A stretch of 64,000 bases of DNA from a bacterium (GTDB taxonomy: Bacteria > Patescibacteriota > Minisyncoccia > JAUYLV01), in the NCBI GenBank assembly GCA_030649025.1, contig JAUSGO010000016.1, forward strand, positions 4,851 to 68,850, in the 5' to 3' direction. The position numbers and the translations under genes were made by a program. This document shows positions 11,001-18,592 of this stretch, one piece after another. The notes under the pieces were generated by a model. The model saw only the letters and a list, made by a program, of their open reading frames with translations. It did not search any database and was not told the DNA's origin. Positions within the stretch are counted from its first letter, which is position 1. The number at the start of each line of letters is the position of its first letter.

Positions 11001-11088
11001 AGATGCCAATAACCACCAAAATTTCCATGATCGTGAAACCATTGTTGCGAACTATTATTGCTTTATCTTTTATATACTCCTGGTGCAT
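8005..11088 (-). CDS. Giant pilin: FimT/FimU-like N-domain, Cys-rich linker and about 7 fibronectin type III domains
   Basis: NG^FTIMEILVVIG; pilin domain ends near IRVSSSGRIE; seven repeats of W..Y.D....Y.Y.V.A.N type; start uncertain. Confidence 0.8.
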   Translation of the reverse strand: MHQEYIKDKAIIVRNNGFTIMEILVVIGISMLIGATVLTSYRRVGSVGSMERAANKLAQDIRTAQALALSSDPTQFGGLPPCGFGIHAPNPATGDPNSYILYTKIPSSTSVPCGVNLSRYSRQWKGQRECFDNTNNPASCPATSYVSTTTVKSFLLPEAGKVRFVLGAVLDDVYFEPPDPATFVLHVADPTASSTLSYTDFPLEFSDNTAILRQIRVSSSGRIEIRSGQVLSKPCVPFFCANIVSGGAVCGYWSNGCGGTIACGIGGLCANDALGDICCTVPGCPGPTAIGQCYPSVPADPSGLSALPLSVSEIKISWIDNAVNEANFEIVRMAPGCASTLQTIIVSANTGTYTDTGLSAETTYCYKVRATNATGPSGYSNTASTLTSPPAPLWTSANASSRKVFLNWGGNFPSIATESSFELQRSTLVAPGTCDVTAVFSSLVTTPQDDTNYNDCDATRYPSPPGPGCPPDSQSPLGVTPNTLYCYRVRAINASGPSAWAYREANSKTEDEAPYPPLLAIPVVVSDTRINLSWHDIAADSPTSGKFKVATSFIIRRCTGSACTPVDTTLTYTGTSPDFTASDTTLSEGTTYGYCIIGQNASWPYSSSCSNTLYATTYAGAPTNLQALPAPTSSGTGSGATSQVNLQWTNPPLSTIQNVKIERFNGALCSGAPAVSTLIGTGTPGPQPGSYIDVMSPATRPKTAYAYWVKAVNATGDSAPSNCVTFTTPDVVPKTPTLNTPPTVVSSTRIDLFWLSNFTDTWGVPTAFRVIRCSGAACNPASSGAQVGADIGGSTFTYADTSVTEGNAYQYCIKAVDAIGVSTCSNASGNVFTPPNTPSILATTTSTGFTAAQINWQDNSLGEMNTYLERGDANCSAVSFAVVATIAGTATTGARSITDSGLSQEAKYCYRMRAATTGAYSSYSSTFSLRTWLLAPSGLSFTTGPGKKINLFWTDNSVNNTGYKIERCTVIGPSCSNFTELINITNQTSYSDNIGNTPGGTFACYRLRATTPEVDSSYGSSACIAAP

Positions 11089-11172
11089 AGCGAAATTTTG
11101 GAAGAATATTATTACCTTCAAATTCAAAATTTAAAACTTTCCACAAATTTTTCTTTTTTATTTTTGCGTTCC

Positions 11173-12096
11173 TTACCACCTGAACGGCGCGAGATGCACC
11201 GACTTTAGTATAGCATCTCCGAAGAAAAAAGCGGCGATTGCGGCGGGAGCCAAAAACGCTCCGAACGGCACTTCCGATTTCAACGTCTTTTTATTGACCA
11301 GGATGAGCGCCAAACCGACAAGAGAACCGCTGAAAGACGCGAGCAGAAGCGCAACAAGAACATTCCAAAATCCAAGAAACAATCCCATGAAGACTGCGAG
11401 CTTCACGTCGCCAAGTCCCATCCAGACACCACGAGAAATAATGATGAGTAAAAGAAAAAATGCCGCCCCGACCAAAGATCCTGCCACGTTTGGCAAACTG
11501 CAATTCACTGTTGGAATTCCGCACGCAAAGATAAAACGGTTGGCGAGAATGAGACACGAAAAGAGCGCAATAGCGGGCAACATGACACGGTCGGGGATGA
11601 GAAAATGGCGTACGTCCGTTACAAATATGACCAAAAACACGCAGATAGCGAATAACGCATAGCTGATGGCAAGAATATTTGTAACATCGGGAAAAAGTCC
11701 GGTTATAGAGAATTGTGTTGCTGCTTCAGAAACATTCGGCAAAAAACCAAGGGGCTCTGTTGCGCGCTTCTCCATCCACCAATATGTAAAACTAAAAAGA
11801 ACGCCGCTTGACAGCTCCACAAGAGGATATTGAAGGGAGATGCGTTCTTTGCACGAACGGCACCTGCCGCCAAGGACCACAAAGGACCATAACGGAATGA
11901 GTTCGTACCACTCGAGAATTCGCGCGCAATGACGGCAGTGGGATCGCCTCTGCACCACCTCCTCGCCTTCCGGAATGCGCCAGATGAGCACATTAAGGAA
12001 GCTTCCCACAATAAGGCCGAGAAGGAATAAGAACACCAGAATAAACCATAGGGGCATCATAAACATAAGTATACCCGTTAGGAGAAGCTCGACCAA
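11173..12096 (-). CDS. pilD: Prepilin peptidase (A24)
   Basis: GSFLNVLIWRIP, SHCRHC...CRSC Zn motifs, TDVRHFLIPD, GMGLGDVKL-like motif, VPFGAFL; true start may lie slightly downstream. Confidence 0.92.
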   Translation of the reverse strand: MVELLLTGILMFMMPLWFILVFLFLLGLIVGSFLNVLIWRIPEGEEVVQRRSHCRHCARILEWYELIPLWSFVVLGGRCRSCKERISLQYPLVELSSGVLFSFTYWWMEKRATEPLGFLPNVSEAATQFSITGLFPDVTNILAISYALFAICVFLVIFVTDVRHFLIPDRVMLPAIALFSCLILANRFIFACGIPTVNCSLPNVAGSLVGAAFFLLLIIISRGVWMGLGDVKLAVFMGLFLGFWNVLVALLLASFSGSLVGLALILVNKKTLKSEVPFGAFLAPAAIAAFFFGDAILKSVHLAPFRW

Positions 12097-12265
12097 GGGA
12101 TAGTGGGGGATTTATTTTTCGAAAACTCTGTTTGAGCAATCAGGTTCTCGCTACCGAATATACCGTAAAACTTTCGAAAGAGCCGCAGATGCCGGCGGTT
12201 TCCACGAATCAAGTATTCGGGCAACAACTCGATAAAAAAACTGCCCCATGGGCAGTCCGGTATTT

Positions 12266-12916
12266 TTATAAAGCCGCTTGCAAAGGAAGAACAAATATGT
12301 GAAAACAATTGGCGTTGATCTCCTCCGTAGCATCAATAAGTCCGGCCATTTCGTAGGATACCAGCAATTCGCGCATCCAAAGACGCTCCTTCTGCGTCAT
12401 GGGCTTGAGAGAAATATCAAACGCCGCGCCGGTGAGATGAAGCGAACGCCTATCTCCGTGAGGAGAAGCTGCGCTTGGATTCTTCTTGCGCTGAGCGGTC
12501 TTCGATTGCACCGTCTCGACGAGCGAGGTGATTTTGATGCGTTTTTGAAATTGCGCGTGGTGCTGGCGCGCGATATCCTCAAGAAACCTGCCTGCTCCGG
12601 GACGGAGATACCGCAAAGGCCGCGGCACCTTACTAAGAAAGTATGTCCGGGTTTTTCGCGGAACAGAAACAAGGAGTTTTAATCCGACGTGCTCCCCTAA
12701 GACTTTCGCATTTTCCATGCGCCACCAGCCGGCGTCGTTTGCGATACGGTTCTGACACAAAAGCAAGTCCTGAGATCCCTTCAGTTCATTGGGACGGGTA
12801 TCGGAAGCTATCGATGATTTCCGCGCGACCTTGCCTTTCTTCTGCATGACTGCGCTGCCATTCGAAGAAAAAAACAAAATTATAAAGAACGCCGTGACGA
12901 TAAACCTGAAAGTCAT
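12266..12916 (-). CDS. Secreted DUF5715-like / peptidase M15-fold protein
   Basis: Signal peptide; ITSL..T, SLHLTGAAFDIS and E...CFHI motifs; strong SD. Confidence 0.6.
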   Translation of the reverse strand: MTFRFIVTAFFIILFFSSNGSAVMQKKGKVARKSSIASDTRPNELKGSQDLLLCQNRIANDAGWWRMENAKVLGEHVGLKLLVSVPRKTRTYFLSKVPRPLRYLRPGAGRFLEDIARQHHAQFQKRIKITSLVETVQSKTAQRKKNPSAASPHGDRRSLHLTGAAFDISLKPMTQKERLWMRELLVSYEMAGLIDATEEINANCFHIFVLPLQAAL

Positions 12917-12931
12917 TCTTCCTTCCCTCCC

Positions 12932-13126
12932 TTACTTTTCGGTATCGGTATGGCTTTTCCCATGCTTGGCAAGAACCGACAAATCAACATCGAGACGGCT
13001 TTTTTTATCGGCAAGCAGTGCCATGCCAAGAATAATGAGCACAACGCCGGGTATAATGGGAAGAAAGATCCCAAGAATTCCGACAAGAATCAGCAGATAT
13101 GCTTTTTGACGATAGCTAAGCTTCAT
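12932..13126 (-). CDS. Small membrane protein
   Basis: 64 aa with hydrophobic hairpin GILGIFLPIIPGVVLIILG; TATTAT 7 nt upstream of ATG. Confidence 0.65.
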   Translation of the reverse strand: MKLSYRQKAYLLILVGILGIFLPIIPGVVLIILGMALLADKKSRLDVDLSVLAKHGKSHTDTEK

Positions 13127-13146
13127 AGAGAATATAATACCATGCG

Positions 13147-13614
13147 TTAGAAATTTAGAGAAGGCCGTTGAAGCGCGCGCTCAGAAGCGTCGAGTGCCTC
13201 ATTTACCAGGCGATCTGCCTGGATGTTTTTTTCTCTTGGAATGTGCGTAAATGTCACGCCGCCAAAATCCATCTTGAGATTCCGCACCGCAAGATATAAT
13301 TTCCCTATATGTTCTTCGGTTATTTTATAACGATCGGAGAGCTGCTCCACCACAAGCTGGCTGTCTATCCGAAACTCTACGGAGAATTTTGAGGACGCCT
13401 TCAGGCCCCATAATGCTTTTAACTTCTTCAACGCGAAAATAACGGCCTCGTACTCCGCTTCGTTGTTGGTGCGCTCTCCCAGATACTGGCCATAGGTCTT
13501 AAGAACCTCTCCTTTTTCATTTTGCACCACAATGCCCAGCGCGGCGGGACCCGGGTTTCCACGGCTGCCGCCATCGGTGAAAACGATAAATTTTTCTGAA
13601 GAAAGTTTCTGCAT
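13147..13614 (-). CDS. rnhA: Ribonuclease HI family protein
   Basis: FTDGGSRGNPGPAA, TNNEAEYEA, DSQLVV, HIPREKNIQADRLVN. Confidence 0.9.
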   Translation of the reverse strand: MQKLSSEKFIVFTDGGSRGNPGPAALGIVVQNEKGEVLKTYGQYLGERTNNEAEYEAVIFALKKLKALWGLKASSKFSVEFRIDSQLVVEQLSDRYKITEEHIGKLYLAVRNLKMDFGGVTFTHIPREKNIQADRLVNEALDASERALQRPSLNF

Positions 13615-13618
13615 ATAA

Positions 13619-15376
13619 TTAGGGGGTGCGGGAGCCGGGGTCAAGGTCCACCAGCTGCAATTCAATGGCGTCTCTGCCGTTCCAAAAGTTTTGGGAAAGC
13701 TTTGCAATGACGTCCACCGTGCTCCCACGCGAAAGTTCTTTTATCCGCCCGCCCAGTCCAAATCCGATGGCCTCGATGTTTGAGGCCGGCCTTGACGATC
13801 TGGCAGAAGAAAGAAGGCGCAATTTAAGATGCCGCTCTCCGTTTCCAACCGCGCGCACATACGCTATGGCAAGCCCTCTAAGAAGGAATTTCGGCTCGAT
13901 ATTGTCTTCGCCGAAGGGGGCAAGTCTTTGCACTGTAGCATAGGTTTTCTCGTTTATATCAACGTGTGAAAGCTCGGCGTCAACAACGAGTGCATCTTCT
14001 TGTGCGGACGCTCCCTCAGTTCGCAGAACCTTTTCTCCCGCCCGTAAAAATATTTCTCGGACACGATCCAGATGTTCCGGCTTTGTGGTAAATCCCCCGG
14101 CATGAGGATGGCCGCCGGCATCGGAAAAAAGTTCCGAATGGGCATGTACGGTCTCTACGATGTTAAAAGCGCCGAAAGCCCTGGCATTGCCGACAACGCG
14201 TCCGCCTTCTTCGTTCTCAACGGCCAAAATAACAGGTCGCGCCACTTCCTGCATGACGCGTTGGGCTGCGAGCCCCAGAACGCCGGGAACCCAGCTGGAG
14301 GAGCTTTCGAATACCACTGCGGGTTTTTGAGAATATTTTGAAACACGTTCAAGAACCTCTGCCACAATGATTTCGGTAACGAGCTGGCGCTCTCGATTCC
14401 GTTCATCCAGATGCCTGATGAGCAGCGGGATTTCTTCTTCTCTGTCGGTCGTAAGCAGACGGAAGCTGATGGAGGCATGTGCCATGCGTCCCATTGCGTT
14501 CAGCCTCGGGATGAGCGAAAAATGAACATCGCGAACAGAAAATCCTTCTTTTAGTTCGCAGAATTCAATAAGCGCACGAAGTCCCGGGCGTTGAGTTTTT
14601 GCAAGAACATCAAGTCCTTCTCGCACCATTGCTCTATTTTCATTCTTGAGCGGCATGGAATCGGCAAGCGTGGCAAGGGCGACAAGATCAAGAAAGCTTA
14701 TAGCTTTTAGCTTATAGTTTATAGGAGAAGATGCGGTATTGGTATGTGAAAGAAGGGCGCATGCCAGCTTAAAGGCAACGCCGGTGCCGGCAAGCCCCGA
14801 AAACGGATAGCCCGACCCCGGATCTTTCGGATTCAAAATCGCGTAGGCAGGAGGGAGTTTGGCGGGCACGCTGTGGTGGTCCGCAATAATAACGTCAATT
14901 CCCCTTTCATTCGCCCAAGCTATTTCCTGAACATCGGTAATACCGCAGTCAACCGTGATGATAAGTTTGGCGCCTTCCTCACAGAGTTCTTCCAGATGCA
15001 TCATCGACAAACCATAACCCTCCTTATTGCGATCAGGAATATGTACGTTCAGAAGATGCTCATATCCTAGATCCCGAAAGACCGTAAAAAGTATTGCGCT
15101 GCCGCACACGCCATCACAGTCATAATCCCCCCAAATAACGATCTTTTCTTTATTTGCAAATGCCGTATAAACCCGACTAACCGCTTTTTGCATGTCCGAA
15201 AATAAAAAAGGGTCGTGAAGATCCCGATCGATGCTCGGATTCAGAAAATTTTCTGCATCTTCGGCGTTCCGAATGCCCCTGTTCCATAAAAGTTGAGGAA
15301 TGAGGGGCGAAGCGTCTTGTAATTCATTAAAAAATTCACTAGGCGCTTTCGGTGCTACGGTCCAGATCGATTTCAT
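13619..15376 (-). CDS. recJ: ssDNA exonuclease RecJ
   Basis: GDYDCDG, TVDCG, ADHH, GGHPHAGG, APFGEDNIEP. Confidence 0.95.
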   Translation of the reverse strand: MKSIWTVAPKAPSEFFNELQDASPLIPQLLWNRGIRNAEDAENFLNPSIDRDLHDPFLFSDMQKAVSRVYTAFANKEKIVIWGDYDCDGVCGSAILFTVFRDLGYEHLLNVHIPDRNKEGYGLSMMHLEELCEEGAKLIITVDCGITDVQEIAWANERGIDVIIADHHSVPAKLPPAYAILNPKDPGSGYPFSGLAGTGVAFKLACALLSHTNTASSPINYKLKAISFLDLVALATLADSMPLKNENRAMVREGLDVLAKTQRPGLRALIEFCELKEGFSVRDVHFSLIPRLNAMGRMAHASISFRLLTTDREEEIPLLIRHLDERNRERQLVTEIIVAEVLERVSKYSQKPAVVFESSSSWVPGVLGLAAQRVMQEVARPVILAVENEEGGRVVGNARAFGAFNIVETVHAHSELFSDAGGHPHAGGFTTKPEHLDRVREIFLRAGEKVLRTEGASAQEDALVVDAELSHVDINEKTYATVQRLAPFGEDNIEPKFLLRGLAIAYVRAVGNGERHLKLRLLSSARSSRPASNIEAIGFGLGGRIKELSRGSTVDVIAKLSQNFWNGRDAIELQLVDLDPGSRTP

Positions 15377-15385
15377 AGTATTGCT

Positions 15386-15498
15386 TGGGGAAACCCATTT
15401 CAACGCCTTAGAAGGGCGCTGCGGCACTTATCCGGGACAGATTTCATGCATTGAATACATTGAAGCTGTCCGCGAAATGCTCCCCCGGAACATTTCGC
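15386..15498 (-). pseudogene. Decayed tRNA-Arg duplicate plus two-hairpin element
   Basis: caacgccttagaagggcgctgc (15401-15422) matches the adjacent tRNA-Arg at 21/22 nt; hairpins at 15434-15498. Confidence 0.6.
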
Positions 15499-15513
15499 CC
15501 CCGCACCATCTAG

Positions 15514-15585
15514 TCCCCCCGGAGGGAATCGAACCCCCATCAACGCCTTAGAAGAGCGCTGCTTTATCCGTTAAGCTACGGAGGG
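15514..15585 (-). tRNA. tRNA-Arg (TCT)
   Basis: CCCTCCG-TAGCTTAACGGATAAAGC-AGCGCT-CT-TCT-AA-GGCGT...GGGGGTTCGATTCCCTC-CGGGGGGA; no encoded CCA. Confidence 0.92.
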
Positions 15586-15671
15586 AGACGCATGATTCTT
15601 TTTTATATTATATGAAAAAACTCTTTTCGTCGAGAAAAGAGGAGCGTAAAACTTAAGCTCACGCCGAATCA

Positions 15672-15956
15672 TTAAAAAGGATTTCTTGGCATGCCGCTAA
15701 GTTGTTCTTCCAGGTTGCGCGGACGCGCTTCAATGCGATCAATGACTTTCTGGTAAAGCTGGGTATTGAACACGGTCTCCTGTGGCTTGGGGGGCCGGGT
15801 CGCAAAAAGCGGCGGATAGAAAAACTGATAAAAAAGAAAGGCGGCGTACCCGATGACAAAAATAAATGCGGCACCAAAGAGCAGGTCTCCGTGCGCGCGG
15901 ACAAAGCGCGCCATGATATGTAGAGGAGTCGACAAAGATTTTTTAGGCGAGGACAT
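15672..15956 (-). CDS. Small single-TM protein after pilO (possible PilP-position analogue)
   Basis: One TM helix, C-terminal PRNPF; position downstream of pilMNO. Confidence 0.55.
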   Translation of the reverse strand: MSSPKKSLSTPLHIMARFVRAHGDLLFGAAFIFVIGYAAFLFYQFFYPPLFATRPPKPQETVFNTQLYQKVIDRIEARPRNLEEQLSGMPRNPF

Positions 15957-16028
15957 AAAAATATTTTGAACTTATTTTGGCGCGTATCGGTTATGAACGC
16001 CTTTGGGATAAATTCCGAACCGCTAAAA

Positions 16029-16628
16029 TTATGGCATGGCGTAAACCCGTATTCTGACGCTTGCGGCAATGTCACCCGAAGAAGATTTGAATGAGGTTGA
16101 TTGATTTTGGCCAGACGCCGTGCCGTATGTTTGCATGCCTTTTATTGGTGAAAAAAGGGCTTGCTCGATATCAACGGCGTAAGCGAAATTTTCCAGGTGA
16201 GCTATAAATTCCATAAGGTGCTCAAACGACCCCACCAGCGTCAGTTGAAAGACAAAAGATGATTTTATATTTGCTCCGGCGACCAACGAAGGCTCGCTTA
16301 TCAGTTGGATTTCCTTGTAAAGTTGGACTTCTCGTGCAAGATCTTCCATGGCCTCGATGAACGACACGAGATTCTCGGGATCAAGAAGCTGGGACCTGAT
16401 AAGCTGGATATTCGCGCTGATGCGTTCAAATTCTGATTTTGTTGAAGAAAATTTCTCAACAGCACTCTCAAATCCTTCTAGGCGATAAAATAGGTCCTGG
16501 TAGCGTTCGGGAAAGCTCTGTAGGTGCAAGTATAAAGGCAGTATGACCCCAAGGATCATGCCGGCACCGACTACCAGCCATAGCGTGCTAAAAAGTATGA
16601 CCTTATCTTTTCCGCTTAAATGCGTCAT
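16029..16628 (-). CDS. pilO: Type IV pilus assembly protein PilO-like
   Basis: N-terminal TM, coiled coil, LVGSFEHLMEFIAHLEN; follows pilM-pilN. Confidence 0.7.
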   Translation of the reverse strand: MTHLSGKDKVILFSTLWLVVGAGMILGVILPLYLHLQSFPERYQDLFYRLEGFESAVEKFSSTKSEFERISANIQLIRSQLLDPENLVSFIEAMEDLAREVQLYKEIQLISEPSLVAGANIKSSFVFQLTLVGSFEHLMEFIAHLENFAYAVDIEQALFSPIKGMQTYGTASGQNQSTSFKSSSGDIAASVRIRVYAMP

Positions 16629-16637
16629 GAATGCGGG

Positions 16638-17189
16638 CTACTGTTTGGCTTTGGAAATAATGGTCAGTGAAAACGTGAAGGGAATGTCCGTTTCGCGAAG
16701 AAGATTGGCAAGAGGAAAATTAATGTCACCGTACCCGGAAGATTCTTTTTGTATCTTATCCCTCAGGAGGAGCAATTGGCTTCTCGTTGGCGCCATGCCC
16801 GAAAAAACTATTTTCTGCGCCTGTATATCAACGCTAAGCGTTGTAAGCTGAATAACCGGGGGAATAAGGGCGATCAAATCTTTGATTGCGCCAAATGCCC
16901 GCAACTGCTCTTCTTGGATGCGATTCATGCGCTCAATATCATTCTTGAAAAGACGCAATTGTCCTTGAAATTTGGTGATCTCCTTTACTTCCGACACGTT
17001 CGACAGATTGGCAATGCGTTGGTTGAGTTCGCGGACCTTCCACTGTCCAAAAAGCTCTTGGCCGAACATGAGCAGTGAAAGGAATAAGAGTAATAAGAAA
17101 AACATCTCGCCAAAAAACATGACGCGCCAGTTCAGCTCTTCAAATTGAAGATTTTTTTTCGCCTGCTCCGGTAGAAGGTTTATAGACAT
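16638..17189 (-). CDS. pilN: Type IV pilus assembly protein PilN
   Basis: N-terminal INLLP motif, TM, coiled coil, ferredoxin-like C-domain. Confidence 0.8.
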   Translation of the reverse strand: MSINLLPEQAKKNLQFEELNWRVMFFGEMFFLLLLFLSLLMFGQELFGQWKVRELNQRIANLSNVSEVKEITKFQGQLRLFKNDIERMNRIQEEQLRAFGAIKDLIALIPPVIQLTTLSVDIQAQKIVFSGMAPTRSQLLLLRDKIQKESSGYGDINFPLANLLRETDIPFTFSLTIISKAKQ

Positions 17190-17198
17190 GAAATGGAA

Positions 17199-18212
17199 TT
17201 AGTGTGCGCCTCCAAATTCGTGATATCCCCGCAAGGCAAGCCCCAGCGCCGTTGTGTAGCCAAGGGAATCTTTAAAGGGAAGCATCGGAACTTCGCGAAG
17301 AGGGGGGCGTAAAATATTTACCCAGGGATTCGCCAATAGAACGGCGATCTCCGCTTCCTGCGCAAGAGCGGCGGTAAAACCCGGGGTTTGCACGAAATCT
17401 CCACAAACAAGAATTTGTTTTACCTCTACGTGCAATTGGTGCGCATGCGCCGAATGAGTCTGAAAAAAATCGATATACTGGCGCGCGTATCCGGCAAGCG
17501 CTTTTATTGTCACTCCCATAGAAGAACTTGTGATATCCTTTCCCGCGATGGAGACGGAAGCGGTAAAACGCACCATGGAACCGGCATAAATAATGAATGT
17601 CGTCCGATGGTGCGCCACGTCAATGATCAATAAAATTTCCTCGCCGCCCGTCGGGGGAACGATGCTTCTGGCGGAGGAGAGAGCATCGACTTCAAATGCA
17701 ACGGGCTTAAGGCCGACTTTTTCAAAAAGTGCGGCATAGCTATCCACCAAAACCTTTGGAGAGGCGGCCACAAGAATATCAAGGTGGTCATCGCCACTAT
17801 GCCGAGCAATCTCCCAATCATAATAGACCTCGGCCAGAGGTAGCGGGATGTTCGCCTCAATCTCCCAAATAATCGCCTGGGTGATTTCTTCGGAAGCCAT
17901 CTTGGGTAATTGTACGATACGGATGAAACTTTGGGGTTCCGGCAAAGACGCCATAACATACTTTGTGCGGATACTTCCTCCCTTGGCAGTCGTCAAAGCC
18001 TCTTGCAGGGCTGCTATGGTTTTTGGCACGTCGGTTATGGTGCCGTTCACCACCGCGCCTTCTTGAAGCGTCACGGCGGAGAAGCCTGCCAGCGTCAAAG
18101 AACCTCTTTCTTCTTTAAGATACGCGAGACGTATGCTGTGATCGGATATATCACATCCAAACGCCGACGGACGAACTTTAAATAATTTTTCGAAATGATT
18201 CAAAATTGCCAT
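17199..18212 (-). CDS. pilM: Type IV pilus assembly protein PilM
   Basis: FGCDISDHSIR, WEIEANIPLP..EVYYDW, ANPW, ALGLALR. Confidence 0.9.
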   Translation of the reverse strand: MAILNHFEKLFKVRPSAFGCDISDHSIRLAYLKEERGSLTLAGFSAVTLQEGAVVNGTITDVPKTIAALQEALTTAKGGSIRTKYVMASLPEPQSFIRIVQLPKMASEEITQAIIWEIEANIPLPLAEVYYDWEIARHSGDDHLDILVAASPKVLVDSYAALFEKVGLKPVAFEVDALSSARSIVPPTGGEEILLIIDVAHHRTTFIIYAGSMVRFTASVSIAGKDITSSSMGVTIKALAGYARQYIDFFQTHSAHAHQLHVEVKQILVCGDFVQTPGFTAALAQEAEIAVLLANPWVNILRPPLREVPMLPFKDSLGYTTALGLALRGYHEFGGAH

Positions 18213-18327
18213 ATATTTTCCTCTTCAAGGTTTTGTCATCGGCGAGTCTTGGTGCGCCTCTTGAGCGGTTTAGCGAAGTACGGGCAACAGAAATATGACC
18301 ATGCGCTTTCCTTTATATTATTTCTCA

Positions 18328-18591
18328 AGATTTGTTACGACAAAGCTTGCTGATTTTTCGAAACTCAAGGGGGAGTCAACCCTTTACCAATGAGGGGGTT
18401 GGAACGGTGTTCCTGGGCGTCTTTCCATACATTGGAAACATGGTAGACGCCCATGAAATGGTCTCCCAGACCATTTCACCCCCCTTGGGCGATATGCTCC
18501 GGTGGAGCATATCGCGGGCAACTGCGATGTTTCTTGAAAATGTTCGGTTGCCCAGGGGGAGAAAAATCGGCAAGCGACGAGTAACAAATCT
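18328..18591. repeat. Composite structured element: ~32-bp imperfect terminal inverted repeats enclosing two inverted two-hairpin units
   Basis: AGATTTGTTAC..GCTTGCTGATTTTTC (18328-18359) versus GAAAAATCGGCAAGC..GTAACAAATCT (18561-18591); inner units at 18415-18479 and 18489-18553. Confidence 0.75.
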
Positions 18592-18592
18592 G

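Noticed and set aside
18230-18300. c-di-GMP riboswitch upstream of pilM
   Set aside because: GEMM core motifs are not present; the sequence resembles the CTCGCTAAGACTCGGCGAAG-type repeat at about 49605.
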